Of a stretch of DNA of 64,000 nt, positions 19,607-31,123 are shown piece after piece. A program made the translations under genes and the position numbers. Position 1 is the first letter of the stretch. Each line of letters begins with the position of its first letter. The notes under the pieces were generated by a model, which saw only the letters and a list, made by a program, of their open reading frames with translations, searched no databases and had not been told where the DNA came from. The stretch spans positions 1 through 64,000 of the IMG/VR virus record IMGVR_UViG_3300021399_000143, one strand, 5' to 3'. The stretch comes from a virus. Its lineage: Duplodnaviria > Caudoviricetes.

Positions 19607-21181
19607 TTATATCACATCAGAAAGGGAGCTGTCAAGGGGGTATCCACCAAGAAAGCCAGAATTATCCTCCATTATGGAATGGGCGTGGATAAGGTCAAAA
19701 TCGTGTCCATCACACTTAACGCCAAGTCCTTGCAGAAGAAGGATATTGTCTATTTTGGTTCTATATTCGTCAGGAAACCTTATGTTCTCCATCATCTTGC
19801 CAGAATTCTTCTTTCTGACTATATGGCTTGATTCTATTGATTGCATCTCTCTTGCTATGGAAACCAATAACCTCTTTGTATCTGAATGCAATCTTTGGAA
19901 GAACACCGGCATTTCGTTCAACATTCCTTGTTGGTAGGTTATCTCGCCATCATACAAACGCCAATGCCAATAGCAGAAGCTTGAATTCAGCCAGCAATAC
20001 GCCAAGTCCCGAATTTCCTCGTCCTTGAACGTAATCATTCTCTTGCCGGAGCGAAAGAGGTCAGAAACATAGGCGACAGTATTGTATCTGCAAGTGGTGA
20101 CGAAGTTCAAGTAGTAGTCTCCATCCTCGCAAACATAGTCGCCAAACTTCTCGCCCATTGACTTTGTTTGCCATGCGAGCAACAAGGGTTCAAGTTGTGG
20201 AAAGCACTTCGCGTATCTGCCACCAGTTGACCTTTGTGGGGTGTTGCCAACGAATCTGGCAAGAAAATCTGAATCCAGAACCTTGTCCCTCTCCCCATTC
20301 CTGAAACGAACCATGCCAGCAACCTTGATGCCAATTCCCCACTTTCTGTTGTCAGTGACCAATATTGCAGGGCGAACTTGATTCTGATGGTTGGTGTTGA
20401 ACACGCCATGTTTCCTGCCATTGAACAACTGACCTGGAATGTTGTCGAATGGAATCACGAAACCAGAATATCCAGAACCAAGTTCCTCACGCAACACCTT
20501 GAACTTCTCGCGTCCCAAATAGTTCTGAGGCGTGAGAAGCACAGTTCCCTTGCAACCAACCTCGCTCAACACCTTCTCCATCACCACTGCATACAGTTCA
20601 TGCGTATCATGCGCTATGTCTGTCTGTTTCCAATTTTCAGGAATCTTATCGACCTTGGCATATGGAGGATTGGAAATCACCCTGCAATCAGGAGGCAAAT
20701 GCACATCATCGTCAAGAAAATCACCTGGTCTTGAATGGATATATCCAACAACATCGTCTCCATAGATGAAGCCAATGGTATTGACGCAAATGTAGAGAGC
20801 CAAAGCATCCTTGTCGTAAAGCCAGAGCCTCCCGGACTTGATTAAATCCCTCGCTCGGGATTTACCAATGTATTTCAGATATGCCAATATCAGGTTTCCC
20901 ACGCCACAACAAACATCGCATACGTTCTTGCCATCCAAGCCATCAAGCCACGTTGCCATCAGAGTTGCAACATCATCTGGCGTGAAATACTTTCCAAGTT
21001 CCTTCTTGCTCTGCTTGTTGACGTGCGCCAATCCAATCTCATAAAGTTCCCCAAAGTTGGATATGGACAAGATTCCATCAGTATAGTATGGATTGTTCTT
21101 CCCAAATCTCTTGAGAATGTCCATCCAGGTTCGGTCAAGTCCAATCTCGTCAAGTGATTGCAAATATTCTTCTGTTGTCAT
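19607..21181 (-). CDS. Solitary N6-adenine DNA methyltransferase
   Basis: Motif I DVCCGVGNL, motif IV NPPY, N-terminal GKYFTP; no adjacent endonuclease. Confidence 0.85.
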   Translation of the reverse strand: MTTEEYLQSLDEIGLDRTWMDILKRFGKNNPYYTDGILSISNFGELYEIGLAHVNKQSKKELGKYFTPDDVATLMATWLDGLDGKNVCDVCCGVGNLILAYLKYIGKSRARDLIKSGRLWLYDKDALALYICVNTIGFIYGDDVVGYIHSRPGDFLDDDVHLPPDCRVISNPPYAKVDKIPENWKQTDIAHDTHELYAVVMEKVLSEVGCKGTVLLTPQNYLGREKFKVLREELGSGYSGFVIPFDNIPGQLFNGRKHGVFNTNHQNQVRPAILVTDNRKWGIGIKVAGMVRFRNGERDKVLDSDFLARFVGNTPQRSTGGRYAKCFPQLEPLLLAWQTKSMGEKFGDYVCEDGDYYLNFVTTCRYNTVAYVSDLFRSGKRMITFKDEEIRDLAYCWLNSSFCYWHWRLYDGEITYQQGMLNEMPVFFQRLHSDTKRLLVSIAREMQSIESSHIVRKKNSGKMMENIRFPDEYRTKIDNILLLQGLGVKCDGHDFDLIHAHSIMEDNSGFLGGYPLDSSLSDVI

Positions 21182-21247
21182 GTTTCAATTATACCTTATA
21201 GTATAATTGTCATCAAGGGCATTGAAAAATGAAAGAACCCCAATCTG

Positions 21248-21487
21248 ATGAACACGCTTACAATCTACAGTAGAAGATATGACTTGAACGAAAATGTAAC
21301 AAACGGTGGAATGTCGGGAAAGGCGTTCTTGGACATAGACAACAAACTTGGAACGCCATTCATCAACATGGACAGTGCGTTAGATTATTTGATGGAGAAC
21401 AACATACCCATTCACAGAATAGAGTTCAACTACATGGATAAATATGGTATCCAGATGTTCAAGAGATTTGATGTTGTCATAAAATAA
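21248..21487 (+). CDS. Hypothetical protein
   Basis: 79 aa ORF after TATAAT at 21202-21207. Confidence 0.6.
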   Translation: MNTLTIYSRRYDLNENVTNGGMSGKAFLDIDNKLGTPFINMDSALDYLMENNIPIHRIEFNYMDKYGIQMFKRFDVVIK

Positions 21488-21488
21488 T

Positions 21489-21496
21489 GGTAAATA
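21489..21496 (+). promoter_or_regulatory. Late promoter motif GGTAAATA
   Basis: 10 nt upstream of the 21506 start. Confidence 0.7.
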
Positions 21497-21505
21497 GGTA
21501 TCGCC

Positions 21506-22573
21506 ATGAAGATAATAAACAAGACATACCGAGACGTCCGAGAAGGAGAGTCCCCAATCCAAAAGACTCCAATATCAGAGCTTCAAACTGCAACTGACTT
21601 GCCTTATGGTTCACTTATTCATATTGTCAAGAGAAATTCTGAGGGCAATTATGAATCCCAGAAGATGACAACTGATACATTCAAGCAGAAGATTTACGAT
21701 GCAGTTCAAAATACGCTCAAGACCAGATATTGGGATACACATGAAAATCCAACAGATACAGAGCATATTCAACCAGAAGCGTCTGGATTTGAACGACCAG
21801 AAGGAACTGCATTTTCCGACCTGGTGAAATATCTACAAGCAAAGGATGCCCTGAGAGAAGAACGTGGAGAAACAAATCCAATATACACCCCAGAAGAAGT
21901 TCCCGAAACTGATCCAAATGGATTCGTCTATCACCTATACTACGACTTCGACCTCATCAAGAGATATATGGTGGTCAAGGATGGAGACATAGAAACCAAC
22001 ATTTCCAAGTTGGAGGAACGTGTAGACGAACTTGATTGCTATTTCGCCCCAACGATGAGATTCGCCACAACGGCGCTCGACAATAATGTTGAAGTGGTTG
22101 TGAGCAGTGACACGTTGAACCACAACCTCACTGAGAACGACACCTATTGCCAAATGAGCATTGAGTCCGGAAACAAGATTTCCAACGAATGGACTTGCCC
22201 AGAAAGTGGCAACTTGGTGATTTATGGTTGGTTGGATTCCTCAGAGTGCTTGAACAACAAGGCCACCCCATCTGCATTTTGCGTGATAGAGGGGAATGTC
22301 AACAAGAATTGGGAGATTCTGTCAGTCTGCCCAGTTATGCCAGCAAAGAGCATAACATACGTTGGATTCAATCTCATGGTCAAGAAAGGTCTGACCATAA
22401 GGGCAAGAACAGGATTCATTTGTGGCGTGAAGTCAAGCCAGTTCCCCAACCAGCAAGATGGATATGACACGTTGGCGAATTCCAAGGCAAATGGCTTCAA
22501 GTGCATGATATACCTCAAGGAAGGGGACAACAAAGACAAGGAAGAAGGGACGGGAACGGATGACAATACTTGA
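21506..22573 (+). CDS. Putative tail/baseplate-associated fibre protein
   Basis: N-terminal PISELQTATDL..YES.K motif common in fibre proteins; late motif upstream. Confidence 0.45.
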   Translation: MKIINKTYRDVREGESPIQKTPISELQTATDLPYGSLIHIVKRNSEGNYESQKMTTDTFKQKIYDAVQNTLKTRYWDTHENPTDTEHIQPEASGFERPEGTAFSDLVKYLQAKDALREERGETNPIYTPEEVPETDPNGFVYHLYYDFDLIKRYMVVKDGDIETNISKLEERVDELDCYFAPTMRFATTALDNNVEVVVSSDTLNHNLTENDTYCQMSIESGNKISNEWTCPESGNLVIYGWLDSSECLNNKATPSAFCVIEGNVNKNWEILSVCPVMPAKSITYVGFNLMVKKGLTIRARTGFICGVKSSQFPNQQDGYDTLANSKANGFKCMIYLKEGDNKDKEEGTGTDDNT

Positions 22574-23009
22574 CAAGGCGAAAAAGGGTGAAGATCCAAT
22601 CAAGGAAAAGACCCCTATAAACGAAAGCAAGGAAACGCCAAAGCAGGATTCAGAGGAAAAGGTAGCAAAGCCAGACGCAGAAGTCGTTTCTGACAGCTCC
22701 CAAATGCTCTCTGCGGTTGAAAGCCAATTCAAGAGCATAATGCAGGAGTTTCAGGCAAGCAAGGGATTCAGTGTTGATACTGGACAACAACCAGTAGACA
22801 CTATGGTGGAACTTCTTTCTTCTGCTGGCGTGAATGTCTCAATAGTGCTTCTTCTGTCATACATTCGATATTGCATCAACCACGGATTGAAGAAGGACAT
22901 AACCATCAAGATTGGCTACAACAAGCCGGCAGCAATTCCCATGAACTTCGCTGTCAACGAAGAATTGCTTGAAGAGATATTCCCTGGTGATGTTGTTGAA
23001 ATCAACTAA
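22560..23009 (+). CDS. Hypothetical protein
   Basis: 149 aa ORF overlapping upstream stop. Confidence 0.7.
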   Translation: MTILDKAKKGEDPIKEKTPINESKETPKQDSEEKVAKPDAEVVSDSSQMLSAVESQFKSIMQEFQASKGFSVDTGQQPVDTMVELLSSAGVNVSIVLLLSYIRYCINHGLKKDITIKIGYNKPAAIPMNFAVNEELLEEIFPGDVVEIN

Positions 23010-23018
23010 AGTTGATAA

Positions 23019-26000
23019 TCAATTGACCTCAACAACCTTTGCGTTCGCTGAATTGTCTTTCTTCTCAATTTCAGAAGTAGCCAACGTGTGCATTTCGTCC
23101 ATCTTCTTCATCACAAGCTGCTCTTTCACGAATACAACTTGATTCACAAGCGAACCCAACAACTTTTGCAATTCTGATTGTTTGTCAGAATTGTTCTCAA
23201 GCTTCAATTCAATTATTTTGTTCTTTAACTGGTCCCTGGTGGAAATAGTATAAGGATACCCATCTCCTTCCCCCTCAATGGTTATCGGTTCTTCCAATTC
23301 AAGATCATATCTATTGACTTCATCGTAAGCATCCTTTGTCAATTCAGCTTCGCTTCCCCAATACCTGACGACCACATCCTCACGAATGGTACGTTGCTTT
23401 GCTGTGTCAAATTCGGACTTCCTGTCCATGACAAGTTCCCTGTCCTCGGTCTTTACCTCATTTGTTCCATCGTCCTTGGAATCCTTGTCGAACTTGACGA
23501 CTTTCACCTTGATTATGGAAGAGAACAACTCATATAGGGTATTCCCTTGGAGCATCTTGTCAATCTTGGTGTAGTCCTTTATGTCATCGTCGGAAACTTG
23601 GAAGAGGTTTGTGTGATTGATGTCAAATTGCTTGTCAGACAAGGCAGAATCTACGTCAAGTTGAAGCATACGCAACTTTCTCGTAATCTTGTACACTGTC
23701 TCAAAGTCGTCCCAAGAACAATCCTTGAACCAAAGTATGAGACGTTTCATCTCGCCAACTATGTAGTCAAGAACGACAACTCTGAAGAACCAATCTGGCT
23801 TTCTCAACACCCCATGCTCGTCAAACTTCTCCAATTCCCTCAACTTGTCCTTGAAGTACCTTTCCTTCTCTTGCGAAGTCAAGTATTGAAGCTTGTCCTT
23901 TTCGTAGGAGTTCATTATCTTCTCGTTCCAAACTTGCTGGAATATTCTGAATCCAACATCCAACTTCACAACAGACACAACTGAATCTTGCTCGTCGAAC
24001 GCCTGTTGGATGATGTCAGTGTCAATCTGTATGATTTCGTCGGATATGTCCTCGCGCTTCTTCGCAAGCGTGTTTATGCTTCTGGTCAAATGCACCTTGT
24101 CCTCAAGCAATTCCTCCCTCTTGTCAAGGTTGAATTGCGTGGAAATCTGAGACTCCACATTGGACAACTTGCGCCTCTCTGACTTCAATTGCGAATCAAC
24201 CTGACGAAGTTCCCTCATCTTGGATTGGTACTTGTTCCTGAGCATCTTTCTATAGTCAGGCTTGAAGGTGGTATATAGTTCATCCTTTGGATCTTCTCTG
24301 TACCATAGGTTGTTCTCTGGGGCGTTGTACAACTTGGCAAGAAACGCGCTAATCTCCTTAACTGTCGATTGAGCCTTGCGTATGGTGGCAACTGCACTCT
24401 CAGAGTTCACTGCTTGGTCTCCAATGTCAGTCCTCAACTTGCCAAGTTTCTTGTTGTAGGTGGCTTCAGCAAACCTGTTTGTGAAATCGTCAAAGTCCTT
24501 GGAGTCCAAGATGTCTCCCATTCTCATGGTCTCAATTCCACGCTTTGACATCGCAGTAGAAGACTATTGAGAAGTTCCCTGACCATTTCCACCGCCAGTT
24601 GTCGATCTTAGTGCATTCGTTCCAGCATCAAAGGTCTTCTTCACCAAAGGAGCCGACATGTCTATCACATTGTTGTTGTCAAGAGCACCTGGATCTCCAG
24701 CACTGGTTGCAGAATCAAATGTACCAGAATCATAACCCGTCATCTTGACATAGTACTGGAATACTGCTGTATTCATGTTGTTGGCGATGCAACTCTTGAA
24801 AGTTATGGTAAGCTTGTATGCGTCAGGAAGCACTTCACCATTTTCTCTATGACCCAACCCTTCTGGATTCTGAATGTTTGCGGCATCGCCTCTATCAACA
24901 CCAATTCTGAGGTTCGCGCCACCATCCTTCACGCCATTTCCCTTGAAGAAGTCGTTTGGTGTCATTCTATTCAAGCCAATCGGATATAGCTTGAAGTCGC
25001 CAGTACACATGAGATGACGCTGACCAGTTGGCAACCACACCTCGTACAACGCGCCAGGAAAGGCCAATATCGCCTTTTGGATGGAACGATTGTTGTGTAT
25101 GATGGTATTGGCGCACATGTAGTTGTTTCGCGCCTTTACCACATTGTCGTTGATGAGAACGAGTTCAAAGGTAAAAGATGCCGGTTGCCCTCCATCTGGT
25201 CCCTTCCAAGATGGTGCTGGAAACAGATTGGCAACTGTTCCCTATGAACCAGAAGCTGCTGTTGCAATGTTCGCAACCATTTCTGCGCCCTGTTTAATCA
25301 TATCCTTTATCTTCCCAACCAAGGAATCACGTTCTCCCCATTCTGACTCATTACTGGCCTCGTTTATCACAGTTGAACCACTCTGCACGATATATGGAAA
25401 TATGTAGGTGTTTCCATATACCTTTTGCCTCAAGCAGAAGTAGAGAATATATGGAATGTCAATCACCATTGGCTTCAATGGGATGTTGGTGAATATATCC
25501 TTCACCTTGTCCATGAAGCTGTTTCCTGTGGACTTCGCGTCTCCAGCACCTTGGCTGGACTTCTCTGTAACAGTGGTATCTGCTTGCGTGTCGTCCTTTG
25601 GACTATCCTTTGCGCCCTGAACCATCCCAGCTATCTTCTTCACGAAGTCAATCATCGTGCTTGCAGTGTTCTTGAAGAAATACTCCTTGACCACCACAAA
25701 TGGCACGTTGTTCAACATCGTGTCCATCGAACGGATTGCCTCGAAAGACGATGGCGTTATTGCAATCTATGGCCAGGTCTTTTCTGCGTCGGATGGTCTG
25801 AACGAATACATCGTCCAACCACCGGTTTCAGGGCCATATGGGTTGAACAACTGCTGATCTCCATCGTGCATCATTGCTGTAAGGCCAGTCACAACCTCTG
25901 CATCTATGGCTTTCCACCCAATCGTCCTGTTCCTGTCCTTCGTTGGTTGAATCCCGTTGTCCTCGCTTGGAGAATCGTTTCCCATAGGCGTGGTGGTTGA

Positions 26001-27728
26001 GGAACTTTGCACCTACTATGACGTGTTGTTCTGCTGTTGTTGCTGCGGAGTTTGTGTTTGGGGCGTTTGGTCATCGTCAGTGGTATCATCTGGTTCTTCA
26101 TCCCACCACCACTCCGGATCATCAAAATCCTCATCCTCCCAATCCTCTTCATCTTCCCAATCTTCCCAATCTTCGTCCCAATATTCATCGTCCCACTCGT
26201 CCTCCATCTCCTCCTCTTCGTCTAACAAGTCCTCCAAATCCTCCTCTTCCTCGTCAAAGAGGTCGTCCATATCCTCTTCAGCATCGTCAATCATGTCCTC
26301 CACTTCTTCGGCTACATCATCAACGGCATCTTCTATCTCTTCATCTGCAAGTCCAAGCATATCGGAAATGGAATCAGCCAAGCCACTTGCCATGTCAGTT
26401 GCGGCGTCCCAAGCATTGGATGCAAAGTCAGCAAGTCCCTTTGCTGCGTCTCCAGCAATAGTGGCAGCATCCTTTGCTGCCTTTCCAAGCCCATCTATGA
26501 GCGAACTTCCAATGCCAGAAACACAATCAATCATACTATTGGCGACATCACCAGCAACACCAAGCGCACTCTATGATTCAGAACCCTTACTTCCAAAGAT
26601 GGAGCTTCCAATGCCCTTTGCTGTATCAAGCATCTTGTTTGCGACATCCCCGGAAGTATTGAGTATGTTGTTCGCCAAGCCATTCTTCCCGGCAAGGCCA
26701 GATTCCCCATCTTTGCCCACCGCTATGTTCTTCACCAATTTGCTGGCTTCACCTATCGCTTCAGAACCAATCTTTCCTGCTCCAGATACAGCACCAGTTA
26801 CAGCATCCTTTGCTGCCCCAAATATGCCACCTATCGACAATTCACGTCTGCTTTGGATTTGCTCAAACCCAAGATTCGTGTCCTTCACCCCAAAGACCTC
26901 TATGGCAACTTCTCTCGCAAGCTCCTCGCCAACCATATCAATAGCCTGTTGGATTGCAGATTCAAGCAAAGACTTTCTTGAAGTATCGTGTTGTTGCTTC
27001 ATGTCATTGACAATATGCTCATTGTATTTCTCGTCTAGAATGTAGTAGGGGTTTGGCTGCTATTCAGTTGGTGGTGGATCATCTATCCTTGAAACCATCT
27101 CACCTACTGTTGAAAGCATATTGTCTATTGGCTCTTTGGTTATGCCATCAAGTGTCTCTTGCGTCAAGAACCCACCATAGGTCTGCTTGGCGAACGTCCT
27201 AATCTTGGTTGCCATTGAGGTTGCTCGTTCAATCAATATGCGTTTCGTCTGAATCTTCAACTTCTGACAACTTGCAATGGAGTTTCTCTGCACACGTTCA
27301 AGTCCCTCTATGGCATGTTTAGCAGCATTGTCCAATGCGTCAAGAACCCCCTTTGAGGTCTCAAGCACTTGCTTCACCATTGGAGTAGCAGCGTCGTCAA
27401 ACACCTCCCCCGCCTTCTTGGGTGTCTCCCTCCCAACAATCTGACCCAACTTTCCAACCAAACGTCCAAACTTGCTTGTCTTCTTGTCGCCAGAATGGAG
27501 CTTCCTTGTCTTTGTCTGCTTGGATATTGCTTCAACCTTCCTCGCCCCATTTCTGGCCTTTTGCATCAAGTTGAAGGCAGAACGTTCAATCCCTTGCAAG
27601 AAATCAATGTCTGATTCAGAAGACATCCTTGAAGCCAAGAGCTTCAACTCTTCTGCCCTCTTCTTCACCTCTTGGAACTTGTTGCTTTGTCCAATGTCTT
27701 TTCTCTTCGTAGGTTTCTCCATAGCCAT
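23019..27728 (-). CDS. 1569-aa late protein with baseplate tube-cap (gp48-like) domain, acidic tract and coiled-coil C-terminus (TAG=Gln)
   Basis: Seven track ORFs joined in frame by TAGs at 27060, 26571, 26016, 26013, 25767, 25242 and 24564; TGA stop. Confidence 0.7.
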
Positions 27729-27729
27729 C

Positions 27730-28218
27730 TCACTTTCCTGAAATTATGCTTTCGTGCGTCAATTTCGCGCCATCTGCTCCCTATCCAACAACATGGTATA
27801 TCACCCTGACGTACAATGCATTGGAGTCTGGATCCTCGTCCTTCTTCACTGCAACGCCATCAACCTCAACCCTCGGCTCGTTGGTTTGGATTGCCCGCTT
27901 TATCTCTTCGCAAATTGCGTCTTGGTTGAACTCGTTCATCTGTTGATACATTGACAAATGGAGCTTGTGTCCAAATTCTGGACGAAGTATGCTTTCCCCA
28001 GCCCTCCACATCAGAATATTGCGAATGGAAAGTTTCACCGCCTCCACGTCATATGACATTGGAACATCATATGCCTCCAATCCACTTGAACCAGGATTGC
28101 TTGGGTCTTCCACCCTTCTTGGCATTCTGAAGCCAAGCATATCCACGTCAGAGTAGTGGTATCTCTTCTTCAACTTTTGCTCTGTAGGAGCATCCAACTT
28201 TACTATCAAACTTCCCAT
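27730..28218 (-). CDS. Baseplate wedge subunit (T4 gp25-like), 162 aa with TAG=Gln
   Basis: DVEAVKLSIRNIL...GE..LRPEFG..L....EIKRAIQTNEPRVEV; TAG 27781 read-through restores last strand; TGA 1 nt before next ATG. Confidence 0.9.
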
Positions 28219-28231
28219 GTCAGAAATCTCC

Positions 28232-30493
28232 TTATGCTACAGTACTTCCCTTTGCGTCTTGCTTCGTCACCATTGTTACGAAACCCTCCAATGGCGTTGG
28301 TTTCGCGCTGTTTGATGTCGTCATTCTGTTGATGAGCGTCCCAAAGTCCTTGGTTGAGTTCTGTTGTGGCGTTCCTCCACCAGCATTGAACACGCTCTTG
28401 ACAACATCGCCAACCAATCCAGTGGCAGATGCGATGCCATTGGCCGAAGCATTCAATGCAGATGACATTATGGACGTGTTGCCAACGTCAGCCTTCGCTT
28501 GCATTATTTGGTTCAACGCCCCTGCAGCCTGACCTGGACTTATTGCTCCATCTGTCATTCTGGACAACGCACCACCCATCACGTTTGCGGCATTGCCTAC
28601 TGTGTTTCCACTTGCAGGAAATACTGTGGAAAGTGCCTTGTCGAAGATTCCTCCAACAGTGGTTGAATTGCCATTGGAAGCAGATGTGGCGTTTGCCACT
28701 GCACCAAATGCTGTTTGGGTCTTTCCAAGAACGTTCCCAAGCGCATTCCCTATTGTTGAAAGCAATCCACCCTCTTGCTTGCCAGATTCGCCAGATGGAG
28801 ATTGTGCGGCTTGTTGCGCCTGAGCCTATGGGGAAGATGGCGTGAATGCGTCAAGTGCAGCAGATGCTATTGAGCCGGCAGCACCAACAGAACTCTTTGC
28901 CACGCTTGTGGCAACGTCCAAAGCACCACTTGCAGCATCAACAGAAAAATCCATTCCAGATTGAGCAAGGTCTATTGCACCACCAATTGCCTTGTCCATC
29001 ATGGATTCGTCAGTTCCACCACCTTCAGCGTCATCTGAAGTCCATCCTTCCTCCCCTGCCGTGGCTTCAGCTTGCTCTGACCCAACATCCATCATGTCAT
29101 CTTGGATTTCTCCCTCGAAATCTGGTTCTCCATAATCCTCGTCAATTCCAGATTCCTCTTCCATAGTGTAGTCGTCAAGGTCTTCATTTGGATCACCAGA
29201 ATCGCTCTCGCCATCGTCCTCCCAATCTTCAGATTCGTCTCCCCAATCTTCGTTGTCGAAGTCGTCCTCAAGCTCATCTTCCTCCATGTCGTCTGCCAAG
29301 TCCTCTTCGTCGAAGTCCATTTCGCAATCTTCTTCCTCGTCATCCCCAAACTCGTCCTCGTACTCGTCCTCGTCATATTCTGGATCTTCATCATCCATCC
29401 ACTCCTCTTCATCCTCTCCTGGCATGTCGCCTTCCTCTTGTTGCTCTATCTCATCTTCAAGGGCTTCCATATCCCCCTCGTCCGTGCGCATCTGCTCCCT
29501 CCAACGCTCCAACTCGTCCTCATATTCTGGCTATTCATCCTCTGGATTCTCCTATGGATCTGGTTGGGAACCGCTACCTGAATTCGGCGAAGATGAGAAT
29601 ATGAACCCTGTCCTATTCCCCAAGTTGGTTGAGCCAGAGCCAGAGCCGGCAACGTCTCCTGTCAAATCCACCAAGCACATGTCGCAAGAAAGGGTCAATG
29701 AACGCAGCAGGTTGCTCACACCTCCACCATTTATCTCGAAAGACGCATAGTTCGTTGGCTTGACTCCAATGTACTTGTAGGAATAGTAGGTGTATTTAGC
29801 GTCCTTTCTACTCTATTGTGCGTTTGGATTCTCCCTATATCTCATCCTTGGACGTTGAACCTCAAGAGTTGCCATTGGATATGGCGTTGCCCATTCAGTG
29901 TAAACCTTGTCGGGTCTATACCACCAAGGTGAGTTTATGTCCTTCATCCAAGGATAGAAAAGTGAATCCAAGATTGAGAACTCAGTATCCACCATCTAAA
30001 GCGTTATCGTCTATTGCCCATCCGAAGCATAGGGGGAGAACGAACCAGCAGTGGTCTTTCCAAACAAGGTATCTATCGTCTCGGCATTCGCTGGCTTTAT
30101 CTCTGGCAAAGATGCCTACCTGACGAATGGGGTCAAGTCAACACAGTTGTCAGGAAGCGAGGTGTCCTACGTTCCACCTTGAATGCCACCCTTCCCCTTG
30201 AATGGTGAATTCAATTTGGCGTATTGTATAGCTGGAGGACTATTCTTTTCCTTGCCTTTATCCAGCTTTGACACATACCCATCCAGAAGATAAGGACACT
30301 ATATGAGATTGCCAACGGCATTGTGAAACCAGAGGAACACGAAATACTCAGGATCCGTGATGATGGTATAGTTTGGCACAGTAGGTTGATGGAACTTGTC
30401 AAGCCAACGTTCCAACCCCTGATGTGCGTCGTTACCCATTGGATCCTGAAATGGGTTCTTGGTCAGTCTATCCTGTAAGAATGCTTTCTCCAT
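28232..30493 (-). CDS. Tail-tube-fold baseplate protein (gp54/gp19-like) with acidic and Gly/Ala-rich extension, 753 aa (TAG=Gln)
   Basis: Nine in-frame TAGs (30299, 30167, 30116, 30011, 29996, 29813, 29552, 29531, 28826); restored ...ASLPEIK...TITLQMVDTE...PWM tube-like pattern. Confidence 0.65.
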
Positions 30494-30502
30494 TGCATAT
30501 CG

Positions 30503-30510
30503 TATTTACC
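30503..30510 (-). promoter_or_regulatory. Late promoter motif GGTAAATA
   Basis: 10 nt upstream of the 30493 start; heads the baseplate operon. Confidence 0.75.
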
Positions 30511-30519
30511 ATTTATCGG

Positions 30520-31011
30520 TCAAAGCGACTTGCTTTCAACCACGACATACTTTGCGTTGAACTTCTTGAGCAAGTCCCTTATGCGCCTTGATTCATCCTG
30601 GGTGTTGGAATAGATGTGGAACACATGGGATTCAGAATTGGAAATGGGCATCTCAGAGAACTGAATCCCACTCTCGTTGAGGAATTTCTTTGCATACTCC
30701 AAGTTCTTCTTGAATATCACCACATCCACCAGCCAAAGGCGTTGCTTTCTGACCTTCATTTCAATGTACTTGACCAAATACGTCCCGACGAAGTTTGCGA
30801 AAGCTGTCACAATGGCTTTGAGCCATAGGGGAAGTTCGCAAACAGTATAGACAATGACCACTACGTAGAAGCCAAATGCGATTGCCGATATGAAGGATGA
30901 CCAGAACATCCCTCCCTTGACAGTGATGATTGTTCTCGCCGTATTCAGAATGACGTTGACCACCGTGAGTACGATGAACAACATCAACAATCCCATGTCC
31001 AATTCATTCAT
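30520..31011 (-). CDS. Membrane protein (DUF2179/DUF5698-like)
   Basis: Three TM segments then soluble beta/alpha domain; own TTGACT-17-TATATT promoter (31039-31067). Confidence 0.6.
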   Translation of the reverse strand: MNELDMGLLMLFIVLTVVNVILNTARTIITVKGGMFWSSFISAIAFGFYVVVIVYTVCELPLWLKAIVTAFANFVGTYLVKYIEMKVRKQRLWLVDVVIFKKNLEYAKKFLNESGIQFSEMPISNSESHVFHIYSNTQDESRRIRDLLKKFNAKYVVVESKSL

Positions 31012-31067
31012 TGCTTTGTTCCTTTCTCAACACAATATAATATAGCACATTTGCGCATAAAAGTCAA

Positions 31068-31087
31068 GGGGTGGAAAAATCCACCCC
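31068..31087 (-). terminator. Intrinsic terminator hairpin
   Basis: GGGGTGGA-AAAA-TCCACCCC downstream of the 31124 stop. Confidence 0.65.
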
Positions 31088-31123
31088 CATTTGCTTGATA
31101 ACCAATGTTGTAGCCCAACAATG

